The notes under the pieces: generated by a model
What the model was told of the DNA's origin: nothing
Database searches by the model: none
The model's input: the letters and a program-made list of their open reading frames with translations, nothing else
DNA from: an uncultured Pseudomonadota bacterium
GTDB taxonomy: Bacteria > Myxococcota_A > Polyangia > Fen-1088
Assembly: GCA_963847705.1 (NCBI GenBank)
Contig: CAWKBC010000010.1
Coordinates: forward strand, 1 to 64,000
Length of the DNA: 64,000 nt
Direction: 5' to 3'
Translations under genes and position numbers: made by a program
Shown: piece after piece, positions 40,716 through 51,763 of the stretch
How the letters are laid out: each line of letters opens with the position of its first letter
Numbering within the stretch: position 1 is the first letter of the stretch

Positions 40716-41405
40716 ATGGACTTCACGCTGGTCGGACTCTGGAACGAGATGGGCTTCACCGCCCGGGCGGTCGTGGTGGTGTTGATCGTCATGTCGCTCT
40801 ACGCGCTGGCCATCGCGGGCGATCGGCTGCTCACCTTCCGCAAGGGGCGCAAGCAGTCGCGCGGCTACGTCGAGGCGCTGGCGCCGCTGGTCGAGGCGGC
40901 CGGACGGCTGCGCGAGGCGGTCGGCCTGGAGAAGCGCTTCGTCGGCAGCCCCGTGGCCAAGGTGATCGGCGCCGGGCTGCACGAGTACGCCCGCGGTCTG
41001 GACCGCCCGGCCGGGAGCGGCACGCTGCCGTCGTTCGACGTCGCCGAGATCGTCAACCGGGTGATGGAGCGGAACAAGGAGCGGGAGCTGGCCGGGTTGC
41101 GGCGCGGGATGCCGGTGCTGGCGACGGTCGCCTCGTCGGCTCCGTTCGTGGGTCTCTTCGGCACCGTGGGGGGCATCATCACCGCCTTCCAGAAGCTCTC
41201 CGACCCGACCAAGGGGGGCGGCGGCATCGGGACCGTCTCGGCCGGCATCGCCGAGGCGCTCATCACCACCGCCGTCGGGCTCGGCGTGGCCATCATCGCC
41301 GTCTGGTTCTACAACTACTTCACCGCCCGGCTCGACGACCTGACCATCGACATCGACGAGACCGCCTCCGAGCTGGTCGACACCATCCTGCGGGGCGGCG
41401 TGTGA
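40716..41405 (+). CDS. exbB: MotA/TolQ/ExbB proton-channel protein
   Basis: SAPFVGLFGTVGGI, GIAEALITTAVGL. Confidence 0.93.
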   Translation: MDFTLVGLWNEMGFTARAVVVVLIVMSLYALAIAGDRLLTFRKGRKQSRGYVEALAPLVEAAGRLREAVGLEKRFVGSPVAKVIGAGLHEYARGLDRPAGSGTLPSFDVAEIVNRVMERNKERELAGLRRGMPVLATVASSAPFVGLFGTVGGIITAFQKLSDPTKGGGGIGTVSAGIAEALITTAVGLGVAIIAVWFYNYFTARLDDLTIDIDETASELVDTILRGGV

Positions 41406-41926
41406 GCGAGCCAGCCGGACGATTACCGCCGGCTGCGCCGCCGGCTGCACCGTTGGCTGCCCCTCGCCGCCGCCGGCACCTGGCGGTCAAGCGCCACCCC
41501 AAGGGGCAGGTGCGGGCGGAGATCAACGTGACCCCGCTCGTCGACGTGACGCTGGTGCTGCTCATCATCTTCATGGTGGTCACCCCGATGATTGTCCGTG
41601 GCGTGAGCGTGGAACTGCCGCTCACCAGCCACCACGACCGGAAGAACGACGACAACAAGGATCTGATCGTGTCGATCAACGCCAGCGGCGACATTTACGT
41701 CAACGCCGACAAGGTCCCCCCCGGCGAGCTGACCGCCGCCGTGGCCGAGGAGCGGCGCCGCTACCCCGACAAGGGCGTCTTCGTCAAAGCCGACCGCCGG
41801 ATTCACTACGGCGAAGCGCGCGCGGTGATGGAGTCGATTCACCGCGCCGGCGTCGAGGACGTCCAGCTCGGCACCGAAGAGCAGAAGCCGGCTTCAGGCC
41901 AGGCCCAGGCGGAGGGCGCGCGCTAG
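41402..41926 (+). CDS. exbD: ExbD/TolR protein 1
   Basis: EINVTPLVDVTLVLLIIFMV, KAD...YG; GTGA overlap with exbB. Confidence 0.9.
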   Translation: MSEPAGRLPPAAPPAAPLAAPRRRRHLAVKRHPKGQVRAEINVTPLVDVTLVLLIIFMVVTPMIVRGVSVELPLTSHHDRKNDDNKDLIVSINASGDIYVNADKVPPGELTAAVAEERRRYPDKGVFVKADRRIHYGEARAVMESIHRAGVEDVQLGTEEQKPASGQAQAEGAR

Positions 41927-42343
41927 ATGGCCTTCTCCGTCGGCAACGGCAAGCGCGGCCCCCAGGCGGAGATCAACGTCACCCCGCTCATCGACGTGGT
42001 GCTGGTGCTGCTCATCATCTTCATGGTGATGACGCCGGTGATGCTCAAGGAGCTGGTGGCCAAGGTGCCGCAGAAGCAGACCGAGAACGTGCCGCTCCCC
42101 CCGGGGGAGACCACCATCGTGGTCGAGCTGGACGCGCACGATCAGCTGTCGCTCAACGGCGAGGGCGTCGCCCCCGAAGCGCTGGGAAGCAAGGTCGGCG
42201 ACCGGCTGGCCCACGATCGCCAGAAGGTCGTCTTCTTCAAGATCGCCGACGACGCCAACTATGGGCGCGCCGTTCGCATCATGGACATCTGCAAGGGCGC
42301 GGGCGCGAAGACACTCGGGATCGTCACCAAAGACGATCGCTGA
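41927..42343 (+). CDS. exbD: ExbD/TolR protein 2
   Basis: EINVTPLIDVVLVLLIIFMV, NYG...MD. Confidence 0.92.
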   Translation: MAFSVGNGKRGPQAEINVTPLIDVVLVLLIIFMVMTPVMLKELVAKVPQKQTENVPLPPGETTIVVELDAHDQLSLNGEGVAPEALGSKVGDRLAHDRQKVVFFKIADDANYGRAVRIMDICKGAGAKTLGIVTKDDR

Positions 42344-42370
42344 TTCCGTCAACTGCGCCGCCAGTCGAGC

Positions 42371-42436
42371 TCAAATCCGGGCCAACCGAGGCCCAAATCC
42401 CGGCCAAATCTGGTCCAAATCTCGTCCAAATCTGGC
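42371..42436 (+). repeat. Six direct repeats with exact 11-bp period (CCAAATC core)
   Basis: tcaaatccggg, ccaaccgaggc, ccaaatcccgg, ccaaatctggt, ccaaatctcgt, ccaaatctggc. Confidence 0.85.
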
Positions 42437-42596
42437 CAGTGTCCTCACGGTCCCGATCGCCGCCAAAGTCGGTGTGGGTCAAGAAACTACGAGAGCCGCC
42501 GAATTCACAGGCAGTCATATCACTGATACGATGCCCGCCGACGCGTGCCCTGTTTTGCCCCTTTACGTCGATCCCACTGGTCACAAGGAGCCTTGA

Positions 42597-43787
42597 ATGA
42601 ACCGGCCGTTCCCTCGTTCTGAGGTCTTGGGCCTCACGGCCGCGCTTGCGCTGGCTGGCGCTTGTACCCCGAACACGTCGGTCAAACCGGGCGCGCCCGT
42701 GCTGACCGAAATGAAGCTGGTCGAAAACGGCAGCTCCGTCACCACCATCCCCGCGAACGTGGCCGAATGCCCCGCCACGGCGATCGGCGGCTCGGACGCC
42801 GGGATCAACGGCGGCATGTGCGACCCCTCCGTCTCCATCTGCCGCCTCACCAGCGCCAGCAACTGGTGCCGCTGCGTCCCCAACCCCGCGCCCGCCGCCC
42901 CCACGCCGCCCGGACCAAACTGTGTCGACGGTGGGCTGGTCGACGCGGGCACCCCCACCGTTGACGCCGGCGCCGCCGCCGATGCCGGCGCGGACGCCGC
43001 CGCCACCGATGCAGCCGCGCCGCTGGGCGGCAGCTGGAACTGCGGCCCCTTCTCACCCGACACGGCCGCCCTGTTCGTGTTCGACCGCCTGCTCGATACG
43101 GCGCCGCTCGGCGACGGCGCCGCCTCCAGCGTCACGGACCTCTCGACGTTCACCACCACGCCGCCGTCGGCGGCGGCGATCGCTCTGGGCGCCACCTACA
43201 ACTCGAACGGCTCGCCCAACGAGATCCTCTTCCCGCTGCTGGGTGACTTCTTCTCGGATGGCCCCGGCCTCTTCTTCGTGGCCCAACCCGCGCTCCCGGC
43301 GAGCTCCATCATCTCGATCACGCTCGACCCCACGAAGGTGCGCGCCAAGGACGGCAAGACCCCGTTCGCGGGCAGCGGGCTCCTCGACGGCTCGCTCGCC
43401 TTCACCACCGCCCCGTTCGGCGGCGCCGTCACCGCAACGCCCACCCCGCCGCCGCCGGCCGCCGATGCCGGCGTCTGCGCGCCGCCGCCCTCGACGGTGC
43501 CGCTCGACATGACACCCATCGTCCTCACCTTCAACAACCTCGTTGATCCCGCGGCGATCGGCGCGCACGTCACGCTCACCGCCACGCCGCTGGCCGGCGG
43601 CGCGGCGACCTCGATCGCGTTCACGGCCACGTCCGGCGACGGGCTGAACGTCAGCATCACGCCGAACGCCAACTGGCCGGCGAGCTCGATCATCAACTTC
43701 GCGCTCGACCCCACCGCCGCGGATCTCCTGGGCGAGACGATCGGCGCGCCCGGGCTCTCGGCCACCTTCACCACGAGCGCGATGTGA
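42597..43787 (+). CDS. Lipoprotein with Ig-like domains
   Basis: AAGGAG RBS; lipobox AGAC; FVFDRLLD, LTFNNLVDP..ITP..W..S..AADLLG..FTT (Big_5-like). Confidence 0.72.
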   Translation: MNRPFPRSEVLGLTAALALAGACTPNTSVKPGAPVLTEMKLVENGSSVTTIPANVAECPATAIGGSDAGINGGMCDPSVSICRLTSASNWCRCVPNPAPAAPTPPGPNCVDGGLVDAGTPTVDAGAAADAGADAAATDAAAPLGGSWNCGPFSPDTAALFVFDRLLDTAPLGDGAASSVTDLSTFTTTPPSAAAIALGATYNSNGSPNEILFPLLGDFFSDGPGLFFVAQPALPASSIISITLDPTKVRAKDGKTPFAGSGLLDGSLAFTTAPFGGAVTATPTPPPPAADAGVCAPPPSTVPLDMTPIVLTFNNLVDPAAIGAHVTLTATPLAGGAATSIAFTATSGDGLNVSITPNANWPASSIINFALDPTAADLLGETIGAPGLSATFTTSAM

Positions 43788-43837
43788 CTGGCGCCTTCAA
43801 GGTCTTGGCCAACCAAACGCACCGAAAGAGAGGACTG

Positions 43838-46800
43838 ATGATCCGGATTCGAATTGGTGCCGCGGCCCTCGGACTGGCAGCAGTGATGGCCGCCGGTGCG
43901 GCCCAGGCGCAGGAGACGACCGGGCGGGTGACCGGCCGGGTGACCGATCAGGACACGGGGCTGCCGCTCGGCGGCGTCACGGTGATCGTGGTCGGTCCCC
44001 AGGGAGAAGACGCCGTCATCACCACCGACAAGGGCGAGTACAGCTTCACCACGCTCCCGGTGGGGAGCTACGTCATCCGGTTCTACGCCGCGAACACGGC
44101 GACGCAGGTGGAGCAGCCCGGCGTCATCGTCTCCGCCGAAAAGACGGTCCGGGTGAACGCCAAGATCTCCGCCGCCGCGGCGGCCGCGGCCCAGCAGACC
44201 TACGTCATCGCCTCCAAGGCGCCGACCATCGACATCGGCAGCGCCCGCATCGAGTCCAACTTCGACGAGAAGTTCATGAACAACGTCCCCCTGGGACGCA
44301 CCTACGGCGACGTCATCGAGCGGGCGCCGGGCGCGTTCGTCGACGGCAGCGGCAACGTCTCGATCGGCGGCGCGACCGGCCTGGAGAACATCTACCTCGT
44401 CAACGGCCAAAACGTGACCGGCCTGCGCTACGGCAACCTGGAGAGCGGTGCGGCCAGCATCGGCGGAGGGTCGAACCTCCCGCTGGAGTTCCTCTCCCAG
44501 GTCAGCGTCAACAGCGGCGGCTATCAGGCCGAGTACGGCGGCGCGATGGGCGGCGTCATCAACACCGTCCTCAAATCGGGCTCCAACGAGTTCCACGGCA
44601 GCGCCTTTGGCTACTGGTCCCCCTACTGGCTCTCCGGCAATCCGAACGTCGTGCAGCCGGTGAACAGCGCCCTGGCCGGCGTGCGCAAGCCCGACTACGA
44701 CGACAGCATCGGCGCGGAGGTCGGCGGCCCGCTCATCAAGGACAAGCTGTTCTTCTGGGTCGGCTTTTCCCCCCGCATCACCGACCAGCACGTCCTGCGC
44801 CTGACCTACGCGCAGCAAGAGGATCCCAACAACCCCGGCCAGCCGACGCTCGGCGCCAACGGGCTCCCCGTCACCACGCAGACCGACTGGACGGCGCGCA
44901 TCCCCGAGACGCACCGGACCTACTTCTACGCCGGGACGCTCGACTGGCTCCCGCTCCCCGACAACAAGCTGACCCTCAGCATCGTCGGCACGCCCAGCTT
45001 CAACCAGGAGCTCAAGAGCCAGTACGGGATCAACAGCTACGCCTCCGACCCGCAGTCGGCCGTCGAGTCGTTGACCCGGGCCAACACCGACGTGGTCGCG
45101 CACTGGGTCTCCAAGCTCTACGACCGCCGCTGGCAGCTCGACATCCTGGCCGGCATGCACAACGAATATCTCTACGACCGTTCGCCCTACTCCGCGCTCA
45201 ACAACCAGAACGAGGTCCAGTACGGCGGGGCGAACCTGTGGGATCTGGAGCATGCCACCGGCTGCCAGCCCACCGCCATGAACCTGGCCGACAACTTCCA
45301 GCCCTGCCCGGTGAGCCCGTTCTACCAGGCCGGCGGCTTCGGCGAGATCGACAAGTACACCGGGTACCGCTGGACGGGCGAGGTCAAGTCGACGCACATC
45401 ATCGAAGCCGGGGGCCACAACGAGCTCAAGTGGGGCTGGCACCTGGAGGTGGGGACGTTCGACCTGCAGCGCTCCTACTCGGGAACGGCTGGCAACCACG
45501 CCTTCTCGCAGATCTTCTTCCCCGGCAACGCCAGCGGCCTCCCCGGAAACCTCTACAATTCGACGACGTTCTTCGGGCTGGCGCCCGGCGAGACGCCCGC
45601 CACGCCCAACCTGGATCTGACCGGCGCGGACTACAAGGACCAGCTCGACGCCTACGTGAAGAGCATCTCCAACGCCTTCTTCGTGCAGGACAGCTACAGC
45701 CCGGACAAGCTTCGCAACCTCACGCTCAACGCCGGTGTTCGGCTGGAGCTTCAAAAGATCTACGACTCGAACGGCTCGCCGTTCCTCAGCACCGACAACC
45801 TGTCGCCTCGGCTGAGCGTCGTCTACGACCCGTTCAACGACGGGCGGTCCAAGCTGTCGGTCGCCTACGGCCGCTTCTACGAGGCGGTCCCGCTGGACAT
45901 CGCCGCCCGCTACTTCGGCGGCGAGAACACCGTGCAGCAGTATGGCTTTCTGGCCAACTGCCCCGGCAACACCTCCAACGGGTACAACTGGACCGGCGCC
46001 GGCGAGTACGCGAAGTGCGGGACTCCGCTCGGCACCGCCCCGCTCTTCAACAGCGAAACCGCCCAGGCGAACCTCCAGGGCCAGTACCACAACGAGATCG
46101 TCGCCACCGCCGAGCGCCAGATCATGGACGACATGACCCTGCGCCTCGACTACCAGCACCGCTGGCTGGGGAACATCATCGAGGACGGCTACGGCCCCGG
46201 TTACGAGAACGGCGTGCTGGCCAACCCGGGCAACATCCCCCAGTCCGCGCTCGACGCCGCCAGCCACACGCTGATGCAGGCGCAGGCGGCCGCGGCGGCG
46301 AACCCCAATGACCCCGCCGCCCAGGCGGCGGCCGCGACCGCGCAGTACAACCTCGGCACGCTGCAGAACTTTGCCAATGCCCCCAAGCCGGAGCGCAACT
46401 ACGACGCCATCACCGTCTCCTTGAACAAGCGGTTCTCCAAGGAGTGGCAGGCCCGGGCCGCTTATACCTACTCGCGGCTGATCGGGAACTATCAGGGCCT
46501 CTATCAACAGGAGACCAACTACATCGCTCCGAACGGCGGCAACGCCTACGACTTCAACGAGCTGAACGTCAACCAGAACGGCCCTCTTCCCAACGATCGG
46601 CCGCACCTCTTCAAGCTCGACGGCTTCTACCGCCACCCCCTCGGCAAGGGGATGGTGACGTTCGGCCTCTCGTTCACCGCGCAGTCGGGCACGCCGCGCA
46701 ACTACTTCGGGAACCTCCAGCCGGGCACCGCGTACCAGCTCGTCCTGTTGTTGCCGCGCGGCGACGCGGGGCGCACGCCCACCGTCACCCAGTTCAACGG

Positions 46801-47071
46801 AAAGCTCGCCTACGCGCGGCCGATCGGAACCAAGATGACGCTCGAAGGGTTCCTCGACCTCTTCAACATCTTCAACCAGCAGACGGCGATCCTGACCGAC
46901 GACAACTACACGTTCGACGCCGCCCCGCCCATCGCCAACGGCACGCAGCAGGACCTGAAGTTCGCCAAGACCGTGGGCGGTGGCCCCATCACCAAGAACC
47001 CGAACTTCGGTCAACCGCTGGCCTACCAGGATCCCTTCAGCGCCCGCCTCGGCCTGCGGCTGACGTTTTAG
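43838..47071 (+). CDS. Oar-like TonB-dependent receptor
   Basis: Signal peptide, N-terminal carboxypeptidase-regulatory-like domain, plug GGYQAEYGGAMGGVIN..KSGSNEFHG, LTLNAGVR, SPRL..YD, terminal RLGLRLTF. Confidence 0.92.
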   Translation: MIRIRIGAAALGLAAVMAAGAAQAQETTGRVTGRVTDQDTGLPLGGVTVIVVGPQGEDAVITTDKGEYSFTTLPVGSYVIRFYAANTATQVEQPGVIVSAEKTVRVNAKISAAAAAAAQQTYVIASKAPTIDIGSARIESNFDEKFMNNVPLGRTYGDVIERAPGAFVDGSGNVSIGGATGLENIYLVNGQNVTGLRYGNLESGAASIGGGSNLPLEFLSQVSVNSGGYQAEYGGAMGGVINTVLKSGSNEFHGSAFGYWSPYWLSGNPNVVQPVNSALAGVRKPDYDDSIGAEVGGPLIKDKLFFWVGFSPRITDQHVLRLTYAQQEDPNNPGQPTLGANGLPVTTQTDWTARIPETHRTYFYAGTLDWLPLPDNKLTLSIVGTPSFNQELKSQYGINSYASDPQSAVESLTRANTDVVAHWVSKLYDRRWQLDILAGMHNEYLYDRSPYSALNNQNEVQYGGANLWDLEHATGCQPTAMNLADNFQPCPVSPFYQAGGFGEIDKYTGYRWTGEVKSTHIIEAGGHNELKWGWHLEVGTFDLQRSYSGTAGNHAFSQIFFPGNASGLPGNLYNSTTFFGLAPGETPATPNLDLTGADYKDQLDAYVKSISNAFFVQDSYSPDKLRNLTLNAGVRLELQKIYDSNGSPFLSTDNLSPRLSVVYDPFNDGRSKLSVAYGRFYEAVPLDIAARYFGGENTVQQYGFLANCPGNTSNGYNWTGAGEYAKCGTPLGTAPLFNSETAQANLQGQYHNEIVATAERQIMDDMTLRLDYQHRWLGNIIEDGYGPGYENGVLANPGNIPQSALDAASHTLMQAQAAAAANPNDPAAQAAAATAQYNLGTLQNFANAPKPERNYDAITVSLNKRFSKEWQARAAYTYSRLIGNYQGLYQQETNYIAPNGGNAYDFNELNVNQNGPLPNDRPHLFKLDGFYRHPLGKGMVTFGLSFTAQSGTPRNYFGNLQPGTAYQLVLLLPRGDAGRTPTVTQFNGKLAYARPIGTKMTLEGFLDLFNIFNQQTAILTDDNYTFDAAPPIANGTQQDLKFAKTVGGGPITKNPNFGQPLAYQDPFSARLGLRLTF

Positions 47072-47153
47072 GACCCGCGGCCGAGGCCGGGACGACCTGA
47101 CCGACCGACGGCCGGGCGCCGCCGGTTGAGGGCGGGAAATCGCGGGCGGGGGC

Positions 47154-47169
47154 TGGCACTCGGCTCGCA
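47154..47169 (+). promoter_or_regulatory. Sigma54-type -24/-12 promoter candidate
   Basis: TGGCACTCGGCTCGCA: GG-N10-GC with TGGCAC head. Confidence 0.6.
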
Positions 47170-47181
47170 GTGTCTGGCGAC

Positions 47182-48684
<1,503 letters not shown>

Positions 48685-48699
<15 letters not shown>

Positions 48700-48730
48700 A
48701 CCCGCTTGAACCCGTGACCGCTTGAACCCG
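48685..48730 (+). repeat. Duplication of the comM 3' end
   Basis: cccgtgaccgcttgaacccg at 48685-48704 and 48711-48730; ccgcttgaacccg occurs three times. Confidence 0.85.
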
Positions 48731-48750
48731 ACCAATCAAAAGGAGAGACC

Positions 48751-49797
48751 ATGTCCAGCATCAAAGAGAAAATGAAGGCCGTGGCGGGCGCGATTGCCGC
48801 CATCGAAAAGCAGTTCGGCAAGGGAGCGATCATGTCCCTCGACGGCGGCGAGATCGAGGCGATCGGCGTCATCCCCACCGGCTCCGTCGGCCTCGACGTC
48901 GCGCTCGGCGTGGGCGGTCTGCCGCGCGGGCGGGTGATCGAGATCTACGGGCCCGAGTCGTCGGGGAAGACCACGCTGACGCTGCAGGCGATCGCCCAGG
49001 CCCAGCGCGCCGGCGGCGTCTGCGCCTTCATCGACGCCGAGCACGCGCTGGACGTCGGCTACGCCCGCAAGCTGGGCGTCCGCACCGAGGAGCTGCTGGT
49101 GTCGCAGCCCGACCACGGCGAGCAGGCGCTGGAGATCGCCGACAAGCTGGTGGGCACCGGCGCCGTCGATCTGATCGTGATCGACTCGGTGGCGGCGCTG
49201 GTGCCCAAGGCGGAGATCGAGGGGGAGATGGGGGACGCGCACATGGGGCTGCAGGCGCGGCTCATGAGCCAGGCGCTGCGCAAGCTGACCGCCGCGACCG
49301 CCAGGAACAACACGGCCGTCATCTTCATCAACCAGCTTCGACAGAAGATCGGCGTGGTCTACGGCAACCCGGAGACCACCACCGGCGGCAACGCGCTGAA
49401 GTTCTACGCCTCGGTGCGGCTCGACATCCGCAAGATCGGCGTGGTCAAGAACGGCGACCAGGTGGTGGGCAACCACGCCCGCGTCAAGGTGGTGAAGAAC
49501 AAGGTCGCGCCGCCCTTTCGGGAGGCCGAGTTCGACATCCTCTACGGCGTCGGCGTCAACGCCCCCGGCGAGGTCGTCGACCTGGCGTCGGCCGCCGGCC
49601 TGTTCGAGAAGGCGGGCGCCTTCTATTCGTTCCGCGGCGAGCGGATCGGCCAGGGGCGCGACAAGGCCAGCGCCTACGTCGCCGAGCACCCGGAGATCGC
49701 CGAGGAGGTCCGACGGCTCCTGCTGGAGGCCCGCAAGGCGGAGAACGCCGCCCTCGGCGCGCCGGTAGCACCGGCGGTGCAGGCGCAGGCCGCCTGA
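48751..49797 (+). CDS. recA: Recombinase A
   Basis: AGGAG RBS; [43 protein letters not shown]. Confidence 0.98.
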   Translation: MSSIKEKMKAVAGAIAAIEKQFGKGAIMSLDGGEIEAIGVIPTGSVGLDVALGVGGLPRGRVIEIYGPESSGKTTLTLQAIAQAQRAGGVCAFIDAEHALDVGYARKLGVRTEELLVSQPDHGEQALEIADKLVGTGAVDLIVIDSVAALVPKAEIEGEMGDAHMGLQARLMSQALRKLTAATARNNTAVIFINQLRQKIGVVYGNPETTTGGNALKFYASVRLDIRKIGVVKNGDQVVGNHARVKVVKNKVAPPFREAEFDILYGVGVNAPGEVVDLASAAGLFEKAGAFYSFRGERIGQGRDKASAYVAEHPEIAEEVRRLLLEARKAENAALGAPVAPAVQAQAA

Positions 49798-49825
49798 CGC
49801 CCAGGGGTCGCGCGCGCCCGTCGAG

Positions 49826-51763
49826 CTAGGCCGCGGCCGGCGCCGCGAACTGTGCGTGATAGAGGGTGTGGTACGCGCCACCGGCGCCGAGCAGCTGCTC
49901 GTGCGTGCCCTGCTCGACGATCTTGCCGTGCTCCATCACCAGGATGAGATCGGCGTCGCGAATCGTCGAGAGCCGGTGGGCGATCACGAAGCTGGTGCGG
50001 CCCTCGCGCAGCGTCGCCATCGCGCGCTGGACCAGCACGTCGGTGCGCGTGTCGACCGACGACGTCGCCTCGTCCAGGATCAGGATCGCCGGCTCCGCCA
50101 GGAACGCGCGCGCGATGGTGATCAGCTGCTTCTCGCCGGCCGACAGGTTCGAGCTCTCCTCGTCGAGCACGGTGTCGTAGCCGGCCGGCAGCGCCCGCAC
50201 GAACCTGTCGACGTAGGTCGCCTTCGCGGCCGCCAGCATGTCGTCCAGGGTCGCCGTCGGATGGCCGTACATGATGTTGTCGCGGATCGTGCCCCCGAAC
50301 AGCCAGGTGTCCTGCAGCACCATGCCGAACTGCCTGCGGACGTCGCGCCGCGGCACCGACGCGATGTCGATGCCGTCGATCCGGATGGCGCCGCCCGCGA
50401 GATCGTAGAACCGCATCAGCAGGTTCACCAGCGTGGTCTTGCCCGCGCCGGTCGGCCCGACGATGGCGATGGTCTGACCGGGCTGCGCGACCAGCGACAG
50501 GTGCTCGATGAGCGGCACCTCGGGCTTGTAGCGGAAGCTGACGTCGTCGAACCGGACTTCGCCTCGGACTTGGCCTCGGACCTCGCCGCCCGGCGACGCC
50601 GCCAGCTCCTCGGCGCTGCGATCGGGGGACTGATCGGGCTCGTCGAGGAGCTCGAACACGCGCTCCGCCGAGGCCACGCCCGATTGCAAGACGTTCGCCA
50701 CCTGCGCCAGCTGCGACAGGTTCTGGGTGAACTGGCGCGAGTACTGAATGAACGCCTGCACGCTGCCGAGCAGCATCGCGCCCGTGGCGACGCGCAGGCC
50801 GCCCACCACGGCGATCGCCACGTAGTTGAGGTTCCCCACGAAGGTGATCGCCGGCATGATCAGACTGGAGATGAACTGCGCCCTGAACCCGGCCTCGAAC
50901 AGCTCGTCGTTCTTCGCGCGGAACCGCTCCTCGACCTGGCGGCGCCGGCCGAACACCTTGACCAGCGCGTGGCCGGTGAACGCCTCCTCGATCTGGCCGT
51001 TCAGCGCGCCGACGTGCTTCCACTGCGCGATGAAGCCCTTCTGAGCGCGCTTGCCGATCTTGGCGGTGATCAGGATCGACAGCGGCACCGTGACGAGCGC
51101 GATCACCGCGAGGAGCGGCGAGATCACGACCAGCATCACCAGCACGCCGAGCACCGTCATCGTCGCCGTCACGATCTGGCTCATCGTCTGCTGCAGGCCC
51201 GCCGCAACGTTCTCGATGTCGTTGGTGACACGCGAGAGCACCTCGCCATGGGGCTGGCGATCGAAGTAGGCCAGCGGCACGCGCATCAGCTTCGCGTCGA
51301 CCTCGGCGCGCAGGCGGTTGACCACGCGCTGCACGAGGTGGTTGAGGATGTAGCCCTGCAGCCACATGAACGCGGCGGCGCCCGCGTAGAGCGCCATCAC
51401 CCGCGCGAGCACGCCGGCGAGCTCGCCGAAGTCGATGCCCTGCCCCACCCGCACGTGCATCGCCCGCACGAGGTCGGTCGAATTCGTGCCCGCCGAGCGC
51501 GATCCAAGGTAGCCCTTGAAGATGATGTCGGTGGCGTGCCCGAGCATCCTCGGGCCCGACACCATGAACGCGACCGAGACGATGCAGCAGGCCAGCACCG
51601 CGACCACCAGCCCGCGATGCGGCACCAGCAGGCCGAGAAGCCGGCGCCCGGAGCCCTTGAAGTTCTTGGCCTTCTGGGGCGGGCCCATCATGGCGCCCAT
51701 CGGACCGCGCATCGCGGGGCCGATCGGGCGTGGCGCCGGAGGCGCGGGGCGGCTGGTGCTCAC
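49826..51763 (-). CDS. ABC exporter TMD-NBD subunit (consensus site)
   Basis: GPTGAGKTT, LSAGEKQ, ILDEATS, IAHRLST; GTG start overlaps upstream stop. Confidence 0.94.
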   Translation of the reverse strand: MSTSRPAPPAPRPIGPAMRGPMGAMMGPPQKAKNFKGSGRRLLGLLVPHRGLVVAVLACCIVSVAFMVSGPRMLGHATDIIFKGYLGSRSAGTNSTDLVRAMHVRVGQGIDFGELAGVLARVMALYAGAAAFMWLQGYILNHLVQRVVNRLRAEVDAKLMRVPLAYFDRQPHGEVLSRVTNDIENVAAGLQQTMSQIVTATMTVLGVLVMLVVISPLLAVIALVTVPLSILITAKIGKRAQKGFIAQWKHVGALNGQIEEAFTGHALVKVFGRRRQVEERFRAKNDELFEAGFRAQFISSLIMPAITFVGNLNYVAIAVVGGLRVATGAMLLGSVQAFIQYSRQFTQNLSQLAQVANVLQSGVASAERVFELLDEPDQSPDRSAEELAASPGGEVRGQVRGEVRFDDVSFRYKPEVPLIEHLSLVAQPGQTIAIVGPTGAGKTTLVNLLMRFYDLAGGAIRIDGIDIASVPRRDVRRQFGMVLQDTWLFGGTIRDNIMYGHPTATLDDMLAAAKATYVDRFVRALPAGYDTVLDEESSNLSAGEKQLITIARAFLAEPAILILDEATSSVDTRTDVLVQRAMATLREGRTSFVIAHRLSTIRDADLILVMEHGKIVEQGTHEQLLGAGGAYHTLYHAQFAAPAAA

